From a virus: 40,883 nucleotides of DNA. The DNA is taken from the IMG/VR virus record IMGVR_UViG_3300031414_000050, positions 1 through 40,883 of that record. One strand, given 5' to 3'. Shown here in pieces: positions 40,456-40,883 of this stretch (position 1 is its first letter; each line of letters begins with the position of its first letter). Made by a program: the position numbers and the translations under genes. The notes under the pieces were generated by a model. It was not told the DNA's origin. It worked only from the letters and a program-made list of their open reading frames with translations, and searched no databases.

Positions 40456-40883
40456 TTATAGGAAGCCCATCAGGCGGTCGATCACGCCGTCCAGGTCGTC
40501 GCGGGTGTAGTTGGTCAGGATGCGCGCCAGGATCGCGTTCGCCACGCTGTTGTAGACGTCTTCGAACTCGATCTGGTCCATGTTCGCGAAGCTGATCGAT
40601 TTGGCCGTCACGCGCGTCTCGCCGCGCAGGTTCACTGCCATCTCGTAGTGGCCAGCGATGCACAGGATGTCGTTCCTGAACTGGTCGAAGTTCTTGCCGA
40701 CGACTTGGCCCTTGAAGGTCGCCACAGCAGGCTCCCATGCGTCAAAGGCAAGATTCAGCAGCGCGAAGAACTTGCGGTGGAAGGCCGGGTTCCGGTGCCG
40801 CTTGATCGCCGCGGTGACGCCCTGCCCCAACTTCAACTTGCTGATGAACTCGACCGCCTGCGGATCAACCGGGATCAGCGCGC
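40456..40883 (-). CDS. DUF1367-like phage protein, main part (its 5' end is at 161-1 across the circular junction)
   Basis: It contains NPAFHRKFFALLNLAFDAWEP...FDQFRNDILCIAGHYE. The frame stays open to the window end and continues at bases 128-161. Confidence 0.78.
   Translation of the reverse strand, partial: ALIPVDPQAVEFISKLKLGQGVTAAIKRHRNPAFHRKFFALLNLAFDAWEPAVATFKGQVVGKNFDQFRNDILCIAGHYEMAVNLRGETRVTAKSISFANMDQIEFEDVYNSVANAILARILTNYTRDDLDGVIDRLMGFL
40757..40883. repeat. Terminal direct repeat, copy 2 (identical to 1-127)
   Basis: Base-by-base comparison gives 127/127 identity. The repeat lies inside a coding sequence, which argues for an assembly overlap rather than a packaging end. Confidence 0.97.

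Larger units (their letters stand above)
1..40883. mobile_element. Complete circular genome of a temperate, lambdoid-regulated, P22-like short-tailed phage (unique length 40,756 bp)
   Basis: Both window ends share an exact 127-bp overlap. Integration, immunity, replication, late-control, packaging, head, tail and lysis modules are all present, and no evident host genes are seen. Confidence 0.9.

Noticed and set aside
38946-40595. 549-aa plus-strand ORF opposite the 528-aa early gene
   Set aside because: It is an Arg/Gly-rich shadow frame, and the whole surrounding operon is on the minus strand with coupled junctions.
40757-40883. The 127-bp repeat as a biological direct terminal repeat or cos region
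   Set aside because: It lies inside an ORF that is intact only after circularisation. The terminase is of the headful type, and the length equals a common maximum assembler k-mer. Without reads this cannot be fully excluded.

Overview
The window is one complete, circularly closed genome of a temperate dsDNA phage. Bases 1-127 recur exactly at 40757-40883, so the unique length is 40,756 bp. This is most simply an assembler overlap on a circular contig. The DNA is visibly GC-rich (not computed), with a few AT-richer islands, which suggests a Burkholderiales-like host (inference only). The layout is lambdoid. A divergent immunity switch pairs an S24/CI-type repressor (3591-4337) with Cro (4423-4671), and three 13-bp operators sit on an exact 24-bp pitch. 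The rightward early operon has an O-like initiator with an internal iteron origin, a DnaC-like loader, NinG and a Q-like protein. A late promoter follows, with two tandem intrinsic terminators in its leader (10835-10988). The late operon opens with an unusual 4.3-kb carbohydrate-active/adhesin-like module (11000-15317) ahead of terminase. After it come TerS, TerL, portal, scaffold, an N4-gp56-type capsid, a P22 gp4/gp10-like tail hub, ejection-type proteins, a beta-helix tailspike, and holin-endolysin-Rz/Rz1. attP (32815-33067), int, xis and a very compact ~7-kb leftward early operon ending in lambda Bet/Exo homologues close the circle. The points I rate most worth follow-up are listed here. 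(1) attP carries a near-consensus promoter plus the 5' half of a tRNA-Leu(UAA), the reverse of the usual 3'-fragment arrangement. (2) Two AT-richer envelope-protein genes are transcriptionally attached to the repressor, in the rexAB-equivalent slot. (3) The esterase, beta-helix/FN3 and Ig-like module sits between the late promoter and terminase. (4) A small antisense membrane ORF lies in the P22 sieA/immI-equivalent slot. I found no reverse transcriptase, CRISPR array, complete tRNA or recognisable named defence system. All homology statements come from reading the translations, not from searches.
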